Below are positions 52,348-62,725 of a stretch of DNA of 64,000 nt, piece by piece. The translations under genes were made by a program, and so were the position numbers. Source of the DNA: an uncultured Verrucomicrobiae bacterium. Its GTDB lineage: Bacteria > Chlamydiota > Chlamydiia > Chlamydiales > Rhabdochlamydiaceae. Numbering within the stretch: the first letter of the stretch is position 1; every line of letters starts with the position of its first letter. The DNA lies in contig CAWDYW010000001.1 of NCBI GenBank assembly GCA_963806855.1, positions 320,001 through 384,000 on the forward strand. Direction: 5' to 3'. A model generated the notes under the pieces. The model had not been told where the DNA came from. It ran no database searches and saw only the letters and a program-made list of their open reading frames with translations.

Positions 52348-53760
52348 CTAGGGTTTGACATTTAGATTTGTTCTCAGGATGTTTTTCGGATCGTACTGCC
52401 TTTTGATTTTTTCAAGGCGTTCGATATTTTGCGCATAGGCTTTCTCGATGTTGTCGTCCCCTTCGCTGACAAAATTGACATACACGCCACCGGTTGCGAA
52501 AGGTTCGGTTGCTTTGTAAAATTCGCGGGCCCAGGAGATACAGCGCTCGTCGTCCTTCTTATTTTCCCAACGGGTATGCACATTCATGATGAACTCTACA
52601 TCGCGATGGGGATAGGCCGTAGCATCTGAGGGAACTGTATTCACCTTGCCTCCCATCTGAGCAATAAAAATCTCTGAGAGACCGCTGGGCAGCTTTTTTG
52701 CATATTCGACTAAAACCTTGATCAATTTATCATCGATCTTTTTAAAATTATGCGACTTCCAGTAATTGCGAGAACCTGGAGTCAGAAGAGGATCAAAAGC
52801 CTGTTCAAAATCACTAAAGCGTTGGGGAGCAATCCCATCCCCGAGGGGGTTTCCCAATTGTCTAAGGCGCGACAACTCGGCTTTTCCCTTGTCCATCGGA
52901 CCGTTATAAATCCCTACGAGCAACAGAACAGGACGGCCATGATAGGAGCTGTCAATAAAGGGAAACGGCGGCGCATGACGCATGACAGCCCAGACGGCGA
53001 GTTCTTCAGGCGCGTTCTGACAAAATGTACGATAGGCCGCCAAGACTTCTTCAGCATCCTCAATTTTAAAAGCCACAGGTCCGCACATCACATCTGGGCC
53101 TACAGGATGAAGCTTGAAGGTGAAAGCAGTCGCAATGGCAAAATTTCCTCCGCCACCTGTCATAGCCCAGAAAATATCAGGGTGGAGATCTCGGCTGCAC
53201 ACTAGTCTTTCACCATCCACGGTCACAATCTCAACAGATAAGAGATTATCAATAGTCATGCCTAATGTTCGACTCAACCAGCCGAAACCACCACCAAGGG
53301 TAAGACCGCTGATGCCAGTTGTGGAATTGATGCCCACAGGCAAGGCCAAGCCAAATACTTGCGACTCATGGTCCACATCACTGAGGGTTGCTCCCGGAGA
53401 AACAGTCATCATTTTTTTGTCTGGATCGACAGAGACAGTGCGCATGTGGCTTAAATCAATGAGCAGCACATTGTCCTGCAATGCCCTGCCCGCAATATTA
53501 TGCCCCCCGCCCCTTACAGAAATGAGCAATTGGTGTTTTTTTGTAAACCGTACTGCGTAAATGACGTCAGCCGTACCTGTACACTCGATAATCAGAGCAG
53601 GCCGGCGGTCGATCATCGCATTCCAAATTTTTCTCGCATCCTCATAGCTTTCATCACCCGGAGCAATGATCCTCCCTCGGACCCAACTTCGCAATTCGTC
53701 CAAGGCCCCTTTCTCAATTGGAACCAATTTTTCACTTAAATTCAGCGCTTTGATGTTCAT
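52348..53760 (-). CDS. FAD-binding oxidoreductase (BBE/6-HDNO-like)
   Basis: RGGGHN, GLTLGGGFG, YVNF, KRQYDP. Confidence 0.93.
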   Translation of the reverse strand: MNIKALNLSEKLVPIEKGALDELRSWVRGRIIAPGDESYEDARKIWNAMIDRRPALIIECTGTADVIYAVRFTKKHQLLISVRGGGHNIAGRALQDNVLLIDLSHMRTVSVDPDKKMMTVSPGATLSDVDHESQVFGLALPVGINSTTGISGLTLGGGFGWLSRTLGMTIDNLLSVEIVTVDGERLVCSRDLHPDIFWAMTGGGGNFAIATAFTFKLHPVGPDVMCGPVAFKIEDAEEVLAAYRTFCQNAPEELAVWAVMRHAPPFPFIDSSYHGRPVLLLVGIYNGPMDKGKAELSRLRQLGNPLGDGIAPQRFSDFEQAFDPLLTPGSRNYWKSHNFKKIDDKLIKVLVEYAKKLPSGLSEIFIAQMGGKVNTVPSDATAYPHRDVEFIMNVHTRWENKKDDERCISWAREFYKATEPFATGGVYVNFVSEGDDNIEKAYAQNIERLEKIKRQYDPKNILRTNLNVKP

Positions 53761-53827
53761 GATCCCCTCTTGCTTTTTTCCAGACCATAAAATAACCTCT
53801 GAAATCCTTCAATGGGGTTCTAAGTGC

Positions 53828-54313
53828 TTATTTGCGACAGCAATGAGCTCTAGGTGCTAAAAATTCGCAGTTTTTGTCTACATCGTAATTTACCGTGAGC
53901 ACGATATAGGTGAGATAAGCTGTAAATGGAAGCAGAGAACACAGGGCAACTGCAAATGTGTTCATGGAGTGGAACGCCGCTTTGCTAATCATGTCCACGA
54001 ATGCAGTTCGTGCAAAGGGGAAAGTGAGCGCTCCTGCAAAGGAAGGCAAGGCGAATTTATAGGCGCAGTTGCCCTCTACAGTGAGGCGATAAAAGAGAGA
54101 TGCAGAAAAACAAAGGGCTAGATTGACTGGGGCTGAAAATGGAAGTGCCAGCATGAAGAAGCCCATCGCGGCTGCTCGGAAAATGTGGTTGATTAGGAGT
54201 GCGATTTTATGAAGCGTTGGGGAATCGCTGAGATAGTCTTTAATTGCTGCGGTTGGTTTTTCTAGGAAATTTACTTCTTCTAAGATGTTGTGAAAGTGAA
54301 CAGAAAGACCCAT
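53828..54313 (-). CDS. Hypothetical membrane protein
   Basis: Hydrophobic ORF. Confidence 0.55.
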   Translation of the reverse strand: MGLSVHFHNILEEVNFLEKPTAAIKDYLSDSPTLHKIALLINHIFRAAAMGFFMLALPFSAPVNLALCFSASLFYRLTVEGNCAYKFALPSFAGALTFPFARTAFVDMISKAAFHSMNTFAVALCSLLPFTAYLTYIVLTVNYDVDKNCEFLAPRAHCCRK

Positions 54314-54406
54314 AAAATTCTCCAAAATTTTTAGGTTACGATGATACGGAGTGGAATTATTTTTGTACACTGGGTACCATTATTTTATTGCCACCTTGAG
54401 GATTTC

Positions 54407-55018
54407 ATGCTTACAGAAGAAGAACAGCAGACCGTCTCTTATTACAATCAACATGCAAAAGAGTGGGCTGAAAAGAGGAAAAAGAATACAGAGCCCTCCT
54501 TTTGGGATGCAGAACTCCGAGAGCTAAAAGCACTCGAAGTCCCTCAAGGGACCATTTTGGAAATGGGTTCAGGAGCGGGAAGGGAAGCGGTAGAGCTCAT
54601 TGGAATGGGTTATGAATATGTCGGGATGGACGTATCGCAAGAGCTCTTAAAAATTGCAGCGCAAGTCAATCCATCAAGTCAGTTTGTCTATTCAACAGCC
54701 TATGCAATGCCCTTTGCAACGGGTACATTTAATGCTTTCTTTTCCTGGGCGATGTTGCCTCACATCCCGAAAGAGCGATTGGGAGTCGTATTAGAGGAGT
54801 TGAAAAGGGTGCTGAAACATCGAGCCATTGGGTTTTTGGCAATGAGGGAGGGCGAAGGTTATCATCGAGAAGCTGAGACGGGACGTTGGTTCTCTTATTA
54901 CACGCAAGAAGAGCTTGAGCTCATTTTGCAGCAGCATGGGTTCAGGATAGAGAAGATGGGGAAAAGACCTAGTCGCCCTGGCCTCGTATGGCTAACCGCC
55001 TTTGTTCGCAGCCCTTAA
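54407..55018 (+). CDS. Class I SAM-dependent methyltransferase
   Basis: ILEMGSGAGRE, RVLK. Confidence 0.85.
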   Translation: MLTEEEQQTVSYYNQHAKEWAEKRKKNTEPSFWDAELRELKALEVPQGTILEMGSGAGREAVELIGMGYEYVGMDVSQELLKIAAQVNPSSQFVYSTAYAMPFATGTFNAFFSWAMLPHIPKERLGVVLEELKRVLKHRAIGFLAMREGEGYHREAETGRWFSYYTQEELELILQQHGFRIEKMGKRPSRPGLVWLTAFVRSP

Positions 55019-55605
55019 CGTATAGCCAGGCAGGCTACAACTACGGAAGACCAAACTAATGCCTTAGATGTATCCCCTTTCCAGAGATGCTGGGCAACTT
55101 TAACAGCTGCGATTGCACCAATTCCCCAAGCTGCTGCCTGGGTCACGGAGGGGAGCCAATCTGTGGAAGTCTCGGAAGGGATTAAAGGGTCAGTGTTGAT
55201 GGAGGGATCGATACAAGCCTTAGAAAGTAGGGTCCCTTGGAATGGCCCTTCGTAACAATGTTTAACCATCTCCCTTGAGCGCTGAGCGGTTAAGATTTCA
55301 CAAGAGAGCCCATTCTCATGCCAAAAATAATGGATCCCTTCAACGCCAGGCTTTAATTGCTCATGAGTGAATGTTGTCTTTGCAGCTATTTTACCTAATT
55401 TAATTTCTTTAGAGCCGAAGATCTTGATTGAACTTGTAGGGGCAGTTTTCATCTCATAACCAGCATTCCCTCTAATAGAAATGCCGATATGGCCTTCGCC
55501 GACCCAGTAATAATCGACCATTTCGACGACTTCTTGCCTCATAGAATCTAAACAGGGAGGCAGCCTCTCTTTCAGTTCGCTTGATAATGCATTAATTATA
55601 TTCAT
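55015..55605 (-). CDS. Hypothetical protein with C-terminal hydrophobic hairpin
   Basis: 196-aa ORF. Confidence 0.55.
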   Translation of the reverse strand: MNIINALSSELKERLPPCLDSMRQEVVEMVDYYWVGEGHIGISIRGNAGYEMKTAPTSSIKIFGSKEIKLGKIAAKTTFTHEQLKPGVEGIHYFWHENGLSCEILTAQRSREMVKHCYEGPFQGTLLSKACIDPSINTDPLIPSETSTDWLPSVTQAAAWGIGAIAAVKVAQHLWKGDTSKALVWSSVVVACLAIR

Positions 55606-55783
55606 TATTATAAATCCATTAAAGTTTATATTATTTAATAGTTATTATAATAAATATCGTAATTATTGTAAATAAAAATTAATTCAAATGTAGGCCACAA
55701 ATAGAAATGTCCCCTTTCCGACAAATAGAAATGTCCCCTTTGTATAGTAGAAATTACTTTACAAATGGAGGGTTTTTATAAAC

Positions 55784-57076
55784 GTGAAAGGAGATATCAT
55801 TATGAGTATTAAGGAGTTATCAAGATTAGAGGTCATGGAAAAGTTGCGTTCCAGATCGCTAAATCAATCACAAGCTGCTGATATTCTGGGTATTAGCATT
55901 AGGCAGGTCAAAAGACTTATAAGAGCATTTAAAGCTGAAGGAGCAAAAGGTCTTATTTCCCGAAAGCGAGGGAGCAAGAGCAATCACCAATTGCCTGAGG
56001 AAGTCAAGAAAAGGGCCTTGGAGCTGATTTCAGAAAAATATGCAGACTTTGGGCCTACACTAGCTCATGAGAAGCTTAAAGAGGTTTATGGGATAAAAAT
56101 CTCAGTTGGATCGGTTAGGAATCTGATGATATCTCATGACATTTGGGAGGCTAAAAAAATCAAAAGAAACCGGATATTTCAGATGAGAACAAGGCGTCCA
56201 AGAGAAGGAGAGATGGTTCAGGTTGATGGATCAGAACATGCTTGGTTTGAAGAAAGGGGGCCAAAATGCACTCTGCTCGTATTTATCGATGATGCCACTG
56301 GTGCTTTAAAAGAGCTGCGATTTGCAAAATCAGAATCGATATTCAGCTACTTCGATGCTACGAGGAATTACATTGAGAATCATGGACGCCCGCTAGCATT
56401 CTATAGCGATAAGCATGGGGTGTTTCGAGTGAATAAAAATGGGGCATTGTCAGGCACAGGCATCACACAATTTGGCAGGGCTATGAAGGAGCTGGATATA
56501 AGAATGATCTTCGCCAATAGTCCACAAGCAAAAGGGCGCGTTGAGAGAAGCAATCGGGTTCTACAAGATCGGCTCGTAAAGGAATTAAGGCTCCAGAATA
56601 TCTCCACGATAGAAGCAGCCAATGCCTTCCTTCCGACCTTTATAGAAGATTATAACCACCGGTTCGCAGTTATTCCTCAAAACCCCACCAACGCGCATAG
56701 ACCATTACTCAAAACACATGATCTCGAGCAAATCTTCACTATAAAGCAAGAGCGTCATCTGTCCAAGAACTTAACTCTTCAACACAGCAATATCATTTAT
56801 CAAATCATTTCAAACAAGCAAAGCTATGCACTGAGAAATGCCAAGGTGATCGTCAGTGAAAACAGCGAAGGGGAAATTAAGATTTGTTATAAAGGCAATG
56901 AATTAGAATATGGAATCTATCATCTCCAGGAAAAGCAGGGCAATGTGGTAGAAGCCAAACTGCTTGAATCAGAATGGGAGAGCGCAGTCAAAAAACAGGA
57001 AAAGAAAAAGTACAAACCACCTCGGAATCACCCGTGGAAACGCAGCGCAAGAAGGCCTCAAGTTATGGCCTCATGA
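55784..57076 (+). CDS. DDE transposase (ISNCY/IS1202 type)
   Basis: QVDGSEH, IDDAT, YSDKH, PQAKGRVER, HPW tail. Confidence 0.95.
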   Translation: MKGDIIMSIKELSRLEVMEKLRSRSLNQSQAADILGISIRQVKRLIRAFKAEGAKGLISRKRGSKSNHQLPEEVKKRALELISEKYADFGPTLAHEKLKEVYGIKISVGSVRNLMISHDIWEAKKIKRNRIFQMRTRRPREGEMVQVDGSEHAWFEERGPKCTLLVFIDDATGALKELRFAKSESIFSYFDATRNYIENHGRPLAFYSDKHGVFRVNKNGALSGTGITQFGRAMKELDIRMIFANSPQAKGRVERSNRVLQDRLVKELRLQNISTIEAANAFLPTFIEDYNHRFAVIPQNPTNAHRPLLKTHDLEQIFTIKQERHLSKNLTLQHSNIIYQIISNKQSYALRNAKVIVSENSEGEIKICYKGNELEYGIYHLQEKQGNVVEAKLLESEWESAVKKQEKKKYKPPRNHPWKRSARRPQVMAS

Positions 57077-57191
57077 GGTTTTTGTAGCAGTCGGGGGACG
57101 CTGTCCCCCAGACCCCCTGCCGCCGCCTTCGTTGGAATACGCAAACTTATTTATAAATAAAGAATGAGGGGAGGGCCCCTCAACCACCCCC

Positions 57192-57220
57192 TTGACTTTC
57201 AAATAAAAAGTTGATATAAT
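57192..57220 (+). promoter_or_regulatory. Outward-facing sigma70-type promoter inside the IS right end
   Basis: TTGACT-N17-TATAAT. Confidence 0.7.
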
Positions 57221-57345
57221 TAGTGGAGTAAGAGTTAACCAAATATCCTCTTTTGTAAGAAACAAAAGGGGACATTTCTAAAAAACGCAAATAGGGGACA
57301 TTTCTATTTGGCGCTAACATAAAAATTAATTCAAATGTGGGTTTT

Positions 57346-58044
57346 TTAGGCGGGAATTAATGCGATGAGGCGGATGGGGGCTTCTGTCCCATTTTCTGCT
57401 CGGATTGGAAGAGCCACTGCGTAGCTTCCTCTAGGGGGGATTTGGGAACAATCGGCAACATTTTCAATAATATATTTACCAGCGCCCAGAACAATCTGAT
57501 GGACCGGAAAATCGGGGTTCCCGCAGTCCGGAGAAAGCGTATCGATGCCAATCCCGGCAATCTTTCTTTCAATTAAAAACTTTACAGATTCGGCCGAAAA
57601 AGCGGGAAAGTGCATTTGACCATTTTGGTCGACATTCCGATAGGCATCAGGGGTGGCCCAAAAACGGCTCCATCCGGTGAACCCAATGACGAGAGCGTCC
57701 GGTGGAATCACTCCATAGGCAGCTTCGTGATCTAATATATCCTGATGAGATAGCTCATAGTCTGGGCCAGCTTTTTTGGAAACATCGATGACGCAGAGGG
57801 GGACGATGAGCTGTTCAACTGGAATGTCAGCGATCGAGAGTCCTCCCTGAATCCTGTGAGAGGGAGCGTCCATATGTGTTCCTACGCCCGCGTGCATTTT
57901 AACCTGTTGTACGCGAAACATTTGATCGTAATCTTTTTTGATTTCAAGGCAGAAGCCACACGAGCCATTCCAGGTAGGAATATCTGAGGAAAGGGGGTGT
58001 GTAAGATCTACGATTTTGAGATTATTGAGTAGTGTATAATGCAT
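57346..58044 (-). CDS. Cyclase/kynurenine formamidase family metallohydrolase
   Basis: DLTH, GTHMDAPSH, GIDTLSPD, IEN. Confidence 0.9.
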   Translation of the reverse strand: MHYTLLNNLKIVDLTHPLSSDIPTWNGSCGFCLEIKKDYDQMFRVQQVKMHAGVGTHMDAPSHRIQGGLSIADIPVEQLIVPLCVIDVSKKAGPDYELSHQDILDHEAAYGVIPPDALVIGFTGWSRFWATPDAYRNVDQNGQMHFPAFSAESVKFLIERKIAGIGIDTLSPDCGNPDFPVHQIVLGAGKYIIENVADCSQIPPRGSYAVALPIRAENGTEAPIRLIALIPA

Positions 58045-58209
58045 CGGGGCTCCAGAGCTAAGTAAAGGCAATTATAAAACTTAACTCATTTATATTGAAG
58101 CGCTAAGTTAAGGCTGTCACTGGCAGTGACAAGTTTTAGGCAAAAACTGATCAATGCAACGCCAGCGAGCCCAATTTAGCCCTTTAAATCCTAAAATAAA
58201 TTCTATGTC

Positions 58210-58240
58210 TAGACCCTCACGTTACGTGATAGCTTAATAT
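58210..58240 (+). promoter_or_regulatory. MerR-type (Mta/TipA) promoter with operator dyad
   Basis: TAGACC-N19-TAATAT with TCACGT-T-ACGTGA in the spacer. Confidence 0.75.
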
Positions 58241-58283
58241 GTGGCTGTTCTTTAAAATTATTGTGATTTTAAAGGAGAAAACG

Positions 58284-59042
58284 ATGGCTTATACAGTAAA
58301 AGATTTAGCTAAATTATCAGGAGTAACGATTCGGACGCTCCATCATTACGATGAAATTGGGCTTCTGAAGCCTGCCTATCACGGTGTGAATGGATATCGG
58401 TTTTATGAAGAGGAGCAGCTTCTTTTGCTGCAGCAAATCCTATTCTTTAGACGATTGGGATTGGGGCTGCAAAAGATCCGGAAGATCATCAAGAGCGGTG
58501 ATTTTGATAAGATTGCGGCCTTGATGTCTCACCGAAAGACGCTGATTGACGATTTAGAAAAAATGAAAGAGCTGATTCAGACCATCGACAATACAATTGA
58601 ACACTTACAAGGAAAGAAAAAAATGAAAGATAAGCAGTTCTTTAAAGGATTGAATTCACCTAAACAAAAAGAATACGAAAAGTATTTGATCGACAGCGGC
58701 AAACACACTGCCGAAGAGCTCGATGCAGGGCGCAAGCGGCTTGAGAAATGGACCCAAGAGGACTGGCAAGCTGTCGAAACCGAGTGGGAGCAGCTCATGA
58801 AGGACTACGTAGCTGCACTTGAGAAGAATGCAAGTGTAGGCTCTGTGGAAGTGCATGAGATTGTTCAGAGGCACTTTTTCAAATATCTGAAACGGTTCGG
58901 AATTGAGGTGAAAAAAGAAAAGATGGCCGAAAGCGCTAGCTTTTATTTAGGTCATCCCGATTGGAAAAAGAAATTCGATACATATCATCCTAAACTGCAG
59001 GAGTTCATCCTCGCAGCGGTTGAAGCTTATTCCAAGAGCTAA
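58284..59042 (+). CDS. MerR family regulator with TipAS-like C-terminal domain
   Basis: YTVKDLAKLSGVTIRTLHHYDEIGLL; AAGGAG RBS. Confidence 0.93.
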   Translation: MAYTVKDLAKLSGVTIRTLHHYDEIGLLKPAYHGVNGYRFYEEEQLLLLQQILFFRRLGLGLQKIRKIIKSGDFDKIAALMSHRKTLIDDLEKMKELIQTIDNTIEHLQGKKKMKDKQFFKGLNSPKQKEYEKYLIDSGKHTAEELDAGRKRLEKWTQEDWQAVETEWEQLMKDYVAALEKNASVGSVEVHEIVQRHFFKYLKRFGIEVKKEKMAESASFYLGHPDWKKKFDTYHPKLQEFILAAVEAYSKS

Positions 59043-59046
59043 TCGG

Positions 59047-59076
59047 GTAGGGTGCAATGGCTTGGCCATTGCACCC
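59047..59076. repeat. GTAG-type REP-like hairpin / terminator
   Basis: GTAG overlapping GGGTGCAATGGC-TTG-GCCATTGCACCC, between convergent genes. Confidence 0.6.
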
Positions 59077-59082
59077 GCTATT

Positions 59083-59661
59083 TTATTCGTTATTGCTTGG
59101 GAAAAATTCAAAATTCAACAGCATCTGATAGAAGTCCTCCATGGATATATCTAGACTCTTCTGAATAGACTCGAGATTGGGGTTCATATTGGAATCAAAA
59201 TCGTCGCTGTCTAACTGATGAACAAAAATAAAATGGTTAAAGCAGGTGGTATTTTGGTGGCTTCTCATGGAGACAGTAAGCACTAGCTCTTGCCTGTCGC
59301 TCAAGATAAAACTCACGATGCGTGAGTCTTCCGAACTTTCAACCCCAAAGAAGGTATGAGAAGGTTTCTCCCAAAACTCAGTTCCATATAATGAAAAAAT
59401 GAGTACAACTTGATCTTCTGTCAGGATTTCATAATCTAGGAATTCGTCATAACAACCTAAAGAAATGTAGCAGGTGCGCTTTCCCGTCTTCATGAGCGAG
59501 TTTATAGTCAAAGGGCGTTTGCGGTTCGACGTATGCCAATGGTTCGGAATACCAAACACAAATTGGTTTCCCTCAACATTGACACGAATAAGTCCTTCTG
59601 TAGCGTTTAAAGATCTTAAAGCGGTCAGTACAAAAAATAGAATTAGAAATTTTCTGTTCAT
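59083..59661 (-). CDS. Secreted hypothetical protein
   Basis: Signal peptide, 192 aa. Confidence 0.55.
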   Translation of the reverse strand: MNRKFLILFFVLTALRSLNATEGLIRVNVEGNQFVFGIPNHWHTSNRKRPLTINSLMKTGKRTCYISLGCYDEFLDYEILTEDQVVLIFSLYGTEFWEKPSHTFFGVESSEDSRIVSFILSDRQELVLTVSMRSHQNTTCFNHFIFVHQLDSDDFDSNMNPNLESIQKSLDISMEDFYQMLLNFEFFPSNNE

Positions 59662-59735
59662 ATAATAGTCTGCTCGGTAGTTAAGTTTCGGTTCAGAATA
59701 GGGATTCGCTTCTTTAATTCATAGGGATTTTTTAA

Positions 59736-60398
59736 CTACTGCATCGCCAGGTTCTCTGCAACTAGTAGGTCGTATTGTGTAGTGATTTTCATGTTATGTT
59801 CTTCCCCGAGGGCGATATGAACCGGATGCCCTTGGTCGAGGACGAGGCAGCAGTCATCGGTGGCATTGGTTCTTTTCGTCTGTTGATGGGCCTTTAGGAT
59901 TAGCGGATAGGAGAAGCTCTGAGGGGTTTGTCCGCGCATAAATTCGGCTCGAGGTGGGATCGCGGCGATCGTCTTGCCGTCTACAGTATGGATGAGGGTG
60001 TCGTGGGTCGGGATGCAGGTGTCGACAGCGGCAAATTCTTTGGCCCTGCGCACATTTTCTTCGAGGATCCGATGGCTGACAAAGGGGCGGACCGCATCGT
60101 GGATGACGACGATATGGGTATCGGGGCCGCAGGCGAGCAGTCCTTTATAGGAGGACTCCTGGCGAGTGGCTCCCCCGGCAATGACTCGGTGGGCGAAGCT
60201 GACCTCTGCTTGGACTTGGGTGATGAACTCGGGATCGCAGACCAGGATGATTTCTTCGAACAGCTCAGAGGTGGCGAAACGGTCGAGCGTTCGCAGATAG
60301 ATTTTCTCCCCAGCTAAGAAGTGAAATTGCTTCGGATCGGCAGTGGAAAAGCGCTTGCCCTGCCCCGCCATAAGAAGGATTCCCTTGACCCCTTTCAT
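59736..60398 (-). CDS. ispD: 2-C-methyl-D-erythritol 4-phosphate cytidylyltransferase
   Basis: AGQGKRF..PKQF, GGATRQES, IHDAVRP, QTPQ, TDD, KIT. Confidence 0.92.
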   Translation of the reverse strand: MKGVKGILLMAGQGKRFSTADPKQFHFLAGEKIYLRTLDRFATSELFEEIILVCDPEFITQVQAEVSFAHRVIAGGATRQESSYKGLLACGPDTHIVVIHDAVRPFVSHRILEENVRRAKEFAAVDTCIPTHDTLIHTVDGKTIAAIPPRAEFMRGQTPQSFSYPLILKAHQQTKRTNATDDCCLVLDQGHPVHIALGEEHNMKITTQYDLLVAENLAMQ

Positions 60399-60435
60399 AA
60401 TTCCGAGTATGTAGAAATTAAGGATAGAGATCAAT

Positions 60436-60783
60436 ATGTTGACTGCCCTGACCATCATCTTCATTCATACGGCACTTTGTAGCGAGATCGCACAAGGGCC
60501 CCCAATGAATGAGCGCTCCTTTTCTCTTAGGGGAGGAAAGACGATCATGGTGCGCAAATTTGAATTCTCGGGCAACAGCGGCATCACGACCCATCAACTC
60601 GAGCGGCTGACCAATCCCTATCTCAACCACTCCCTTTCAGAAAGTAACTTATCTGAAATCAAACTCCGTATCGAGATCCTCTATCGGAGCAAGGGCTATT
60701 CTAATGTTCAAGTCACCATCCCGCCAATGAAAGGCGAGGATACTCTTACCTTTGTGATTAAAGAAGGTAAAAAACAATCTTAG
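60436..60783 (+). CDS. Stand-alone POTRA-domain protein
   Basis: Signal peptide; FSGN..I...L..Y...GY..V..P..L...I.EG. Confidence 0.7.
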   Translation: MLTALTIIFIHTALCSEIAQGPPMNERSFSLRGGKTIMVRKFEFSGNSGITTHQLERLTNPYLNHSLSESNLSEIKLRIEILYRSKGYSNVQVTIPPMKGEDTLTFVIKEGKKQS

Positions 60784-60854
60784 TATTGTTTTCGAATTAA
60801 AAATCTGCTAAAATACTTCACATAATTATTAAAAATTTTAATAACGGTGAAATA

Positions 60855-61650
60855 ATGTCTTTAAAAATTGATGATCTGCTTCTGGCCACTCCAGAGAGAG
60901 AAAATAAAAAGCTGAAGGTGGAAGAAGAGAGCACGGATAGTGAGGATGCTGGTAAGAGAGCTTCTGGGCATTCAAGATGCTCTTCGCTTGATATTTCGAT
61001 ATTTGAACTTCGGTGAATTAATGGCAGTTGGAGTCGTTTGCCAAGGCTGGAGAGCGGCATCCCTAAAGCCTGAGCTATGGACGCCCGATTTAATGAAAAA
61101 GAGATTCCCATTTATCACTGTTCTAGGAAAAATTCAAATTCCAAGAGAATCGATCCTCCAAAACCTCATACCAACGCTCGATCAGATGGCCAAATTAAAG
61201 ATTTTGGGCAATGCTGGGGTGAGTATCGTAACTGTCAACAACACATCGACAAATCAACTGATCAGTTTAGGCAAATTCAATACAGTTGACCGGGCCGTTA
61301 CATCCCGAATAGGAGATCAAGAAGTGACAGGGACATGGGTCATCACAAATTCTGGTCTCGAAGGGACAGGTAATATGACCTATGATGAGCAGGAGCAATA
61401 CGTTAAAGAGCTCGGTTTTGAGATGCATGAGCTTGTTCCAATGACAGCCTTGAGTGTTTTTACCAAAGACAAAAGTTGGTTGGGAATGATCCACTCATCT
61501 ATGTCCGGTGTAGTAATTCGATTCAAACGCTTCAGGGAAAAATGAATGTGATCTTCGGGGGCACGTCTGAAAAAGGGCACCAATATCCGTGCCTACGAAT
61601 CCAATGAGAGAGTTCCTCATTATTATGCCGGGGCAATGAAAAAAATAGAC
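60855..61650 (+). CDS. F-box-containing effector-like protein (frameshifted; end approximate)
   Basis: LIFRYLNFGELMAVGVVCQGWR..LW. Confidence 0.7.
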
Positions 61651-61654
61651 TTTA

Positions 61655-62725
61655 CTAACTCTGGAGTAAAGTGATCCCTTTGAGCTCTTGCTGCAAGAAG
61701 TCGGCCCGTTTCTGGTTGACCTCTTTGGGATCGGTCAAATTGGGAAACAGATGAGAGAAATAGCCCCGTCTGCATTTGAAAAAGAGATCGCTTAATATTT
61801 GATCGGTCACGCCGCTGATATAACCGAGCGAAAGGCCGAGTTTGAGCAGGCTGAGCAGGTCGAGCGCGTCTTTTGTCTCGAGCTGAAACGCGTGGAGCAT
61901 CAGCCCATAAGCTTTGCTAATCAGATCTTTCACCTCGATATTCTGCTCTTGTTTGAGATGCTGACGCATCGTCTTTTCGGCGCCGATCAATTTGGTGGCG
62001 GCAATTTGGATCGCATGTAAAATCGACTCTTCGCTCATCCCAATCGAGTAATTGTTCTGGAGGATCACCAGGTCGCCGATAAACTCCTCTTCTTCGCTCG
62101 ACATCCCTGTCACCTGCACTTCATCCTCTTCGGCGTTGGCCAGAGCGCTGTCGATCTGATCAGTGTGGATCAAGGCGGGCAGATGTAGGTAGGCATTGAC
62201 CGTCAAGCCTGTTCCACATTGGGAAGGGTCGGCAGTCAAGTATCCAAATTTAGGGCTAAAGGCAAATCCCTCTTTTGTGCTAATCCGATTTTCGATTTGG
62301 GCAAGGGTATTCCACGCGGCTTCCATTTGGTTGCTGATATTCAAGGCCCGTAGCTCCAAGTGATTGGCTGTATTGATCAGCCCCAAAAAGCTCCCCTTGT
62401 CATCAATGACCACTCCTGAGCCATTGGGAGGTTCAGTCAGGCCGCGCAAAAAGAGAAAATGCTCGAACAACAGCTCTCGATCGTTTGCGCTAAGGCTATT
62501 CATAGCAAAGAAATGAGGGTGCTCGATTCCGGAATCTTCCCTAAGGCTTTTTTTCAACGTTTGGAGGACCTGATCGACCTCCATCTTTTGCATCTTGCTT
62601 GGGAAGTTATACCGATTGAGATTGCGCCTTAGTGTCAGCGACGATCCCAGCCAGATTGCCTGATTCTCATGATTCCATGGGATGGAGCTGAGAAGAATAG
62701 AGGATAGCTCAGGGTTGCTGCTCAT
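61655..62725 (-). CDS. mcsB: Protein arginine kinase
   Basis: LRRNL..FP, GYLTADPS.CGTGL, LHLPAL. Confidence 0.9.
   Translation of the reverse strand: MSSNPELSSILLSSIPWNHENQAIWLGSSLTLRRNLNRYNFPSKMQKMEVDQVLQTLKKSLREDSGIEHPHFFAMNSLSANDRELLFEHFLFLRGLTEPPNGSGVVIDDKGSFLGLINTANHLELRALNISNQMEAAWNTLAQIENRISTKEGFAFSPKFGYLTADPSQCGTGLTVNAYLHLPALIHTDQIDSALANAEEDEVQVTGMSSEEEEFIGDLVILQNNYSIGMSEESILHAIQIAATKLIGAEKTMRQHLKQEQNIEVKDLISKAYGLMLHAFQLETKDALDLLSLLKLGLSLGYISGVTDQILSDLFFKCRRGYFSHLFPNLTDPKEVNQKRADFLQQELKGITLLQS

Larger units (their letters stand above)
55689..57319 (+). mobile_element. IS1202-family (ISNCY) insertion sequence
   Basis: TGT...ACA ends; two TAGAAATGTCCCC repeats at each end; 16-bp TSD TAAAAATTAATTCAAA (55673-55688, 57320-57335). 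Confidence 0.93.
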
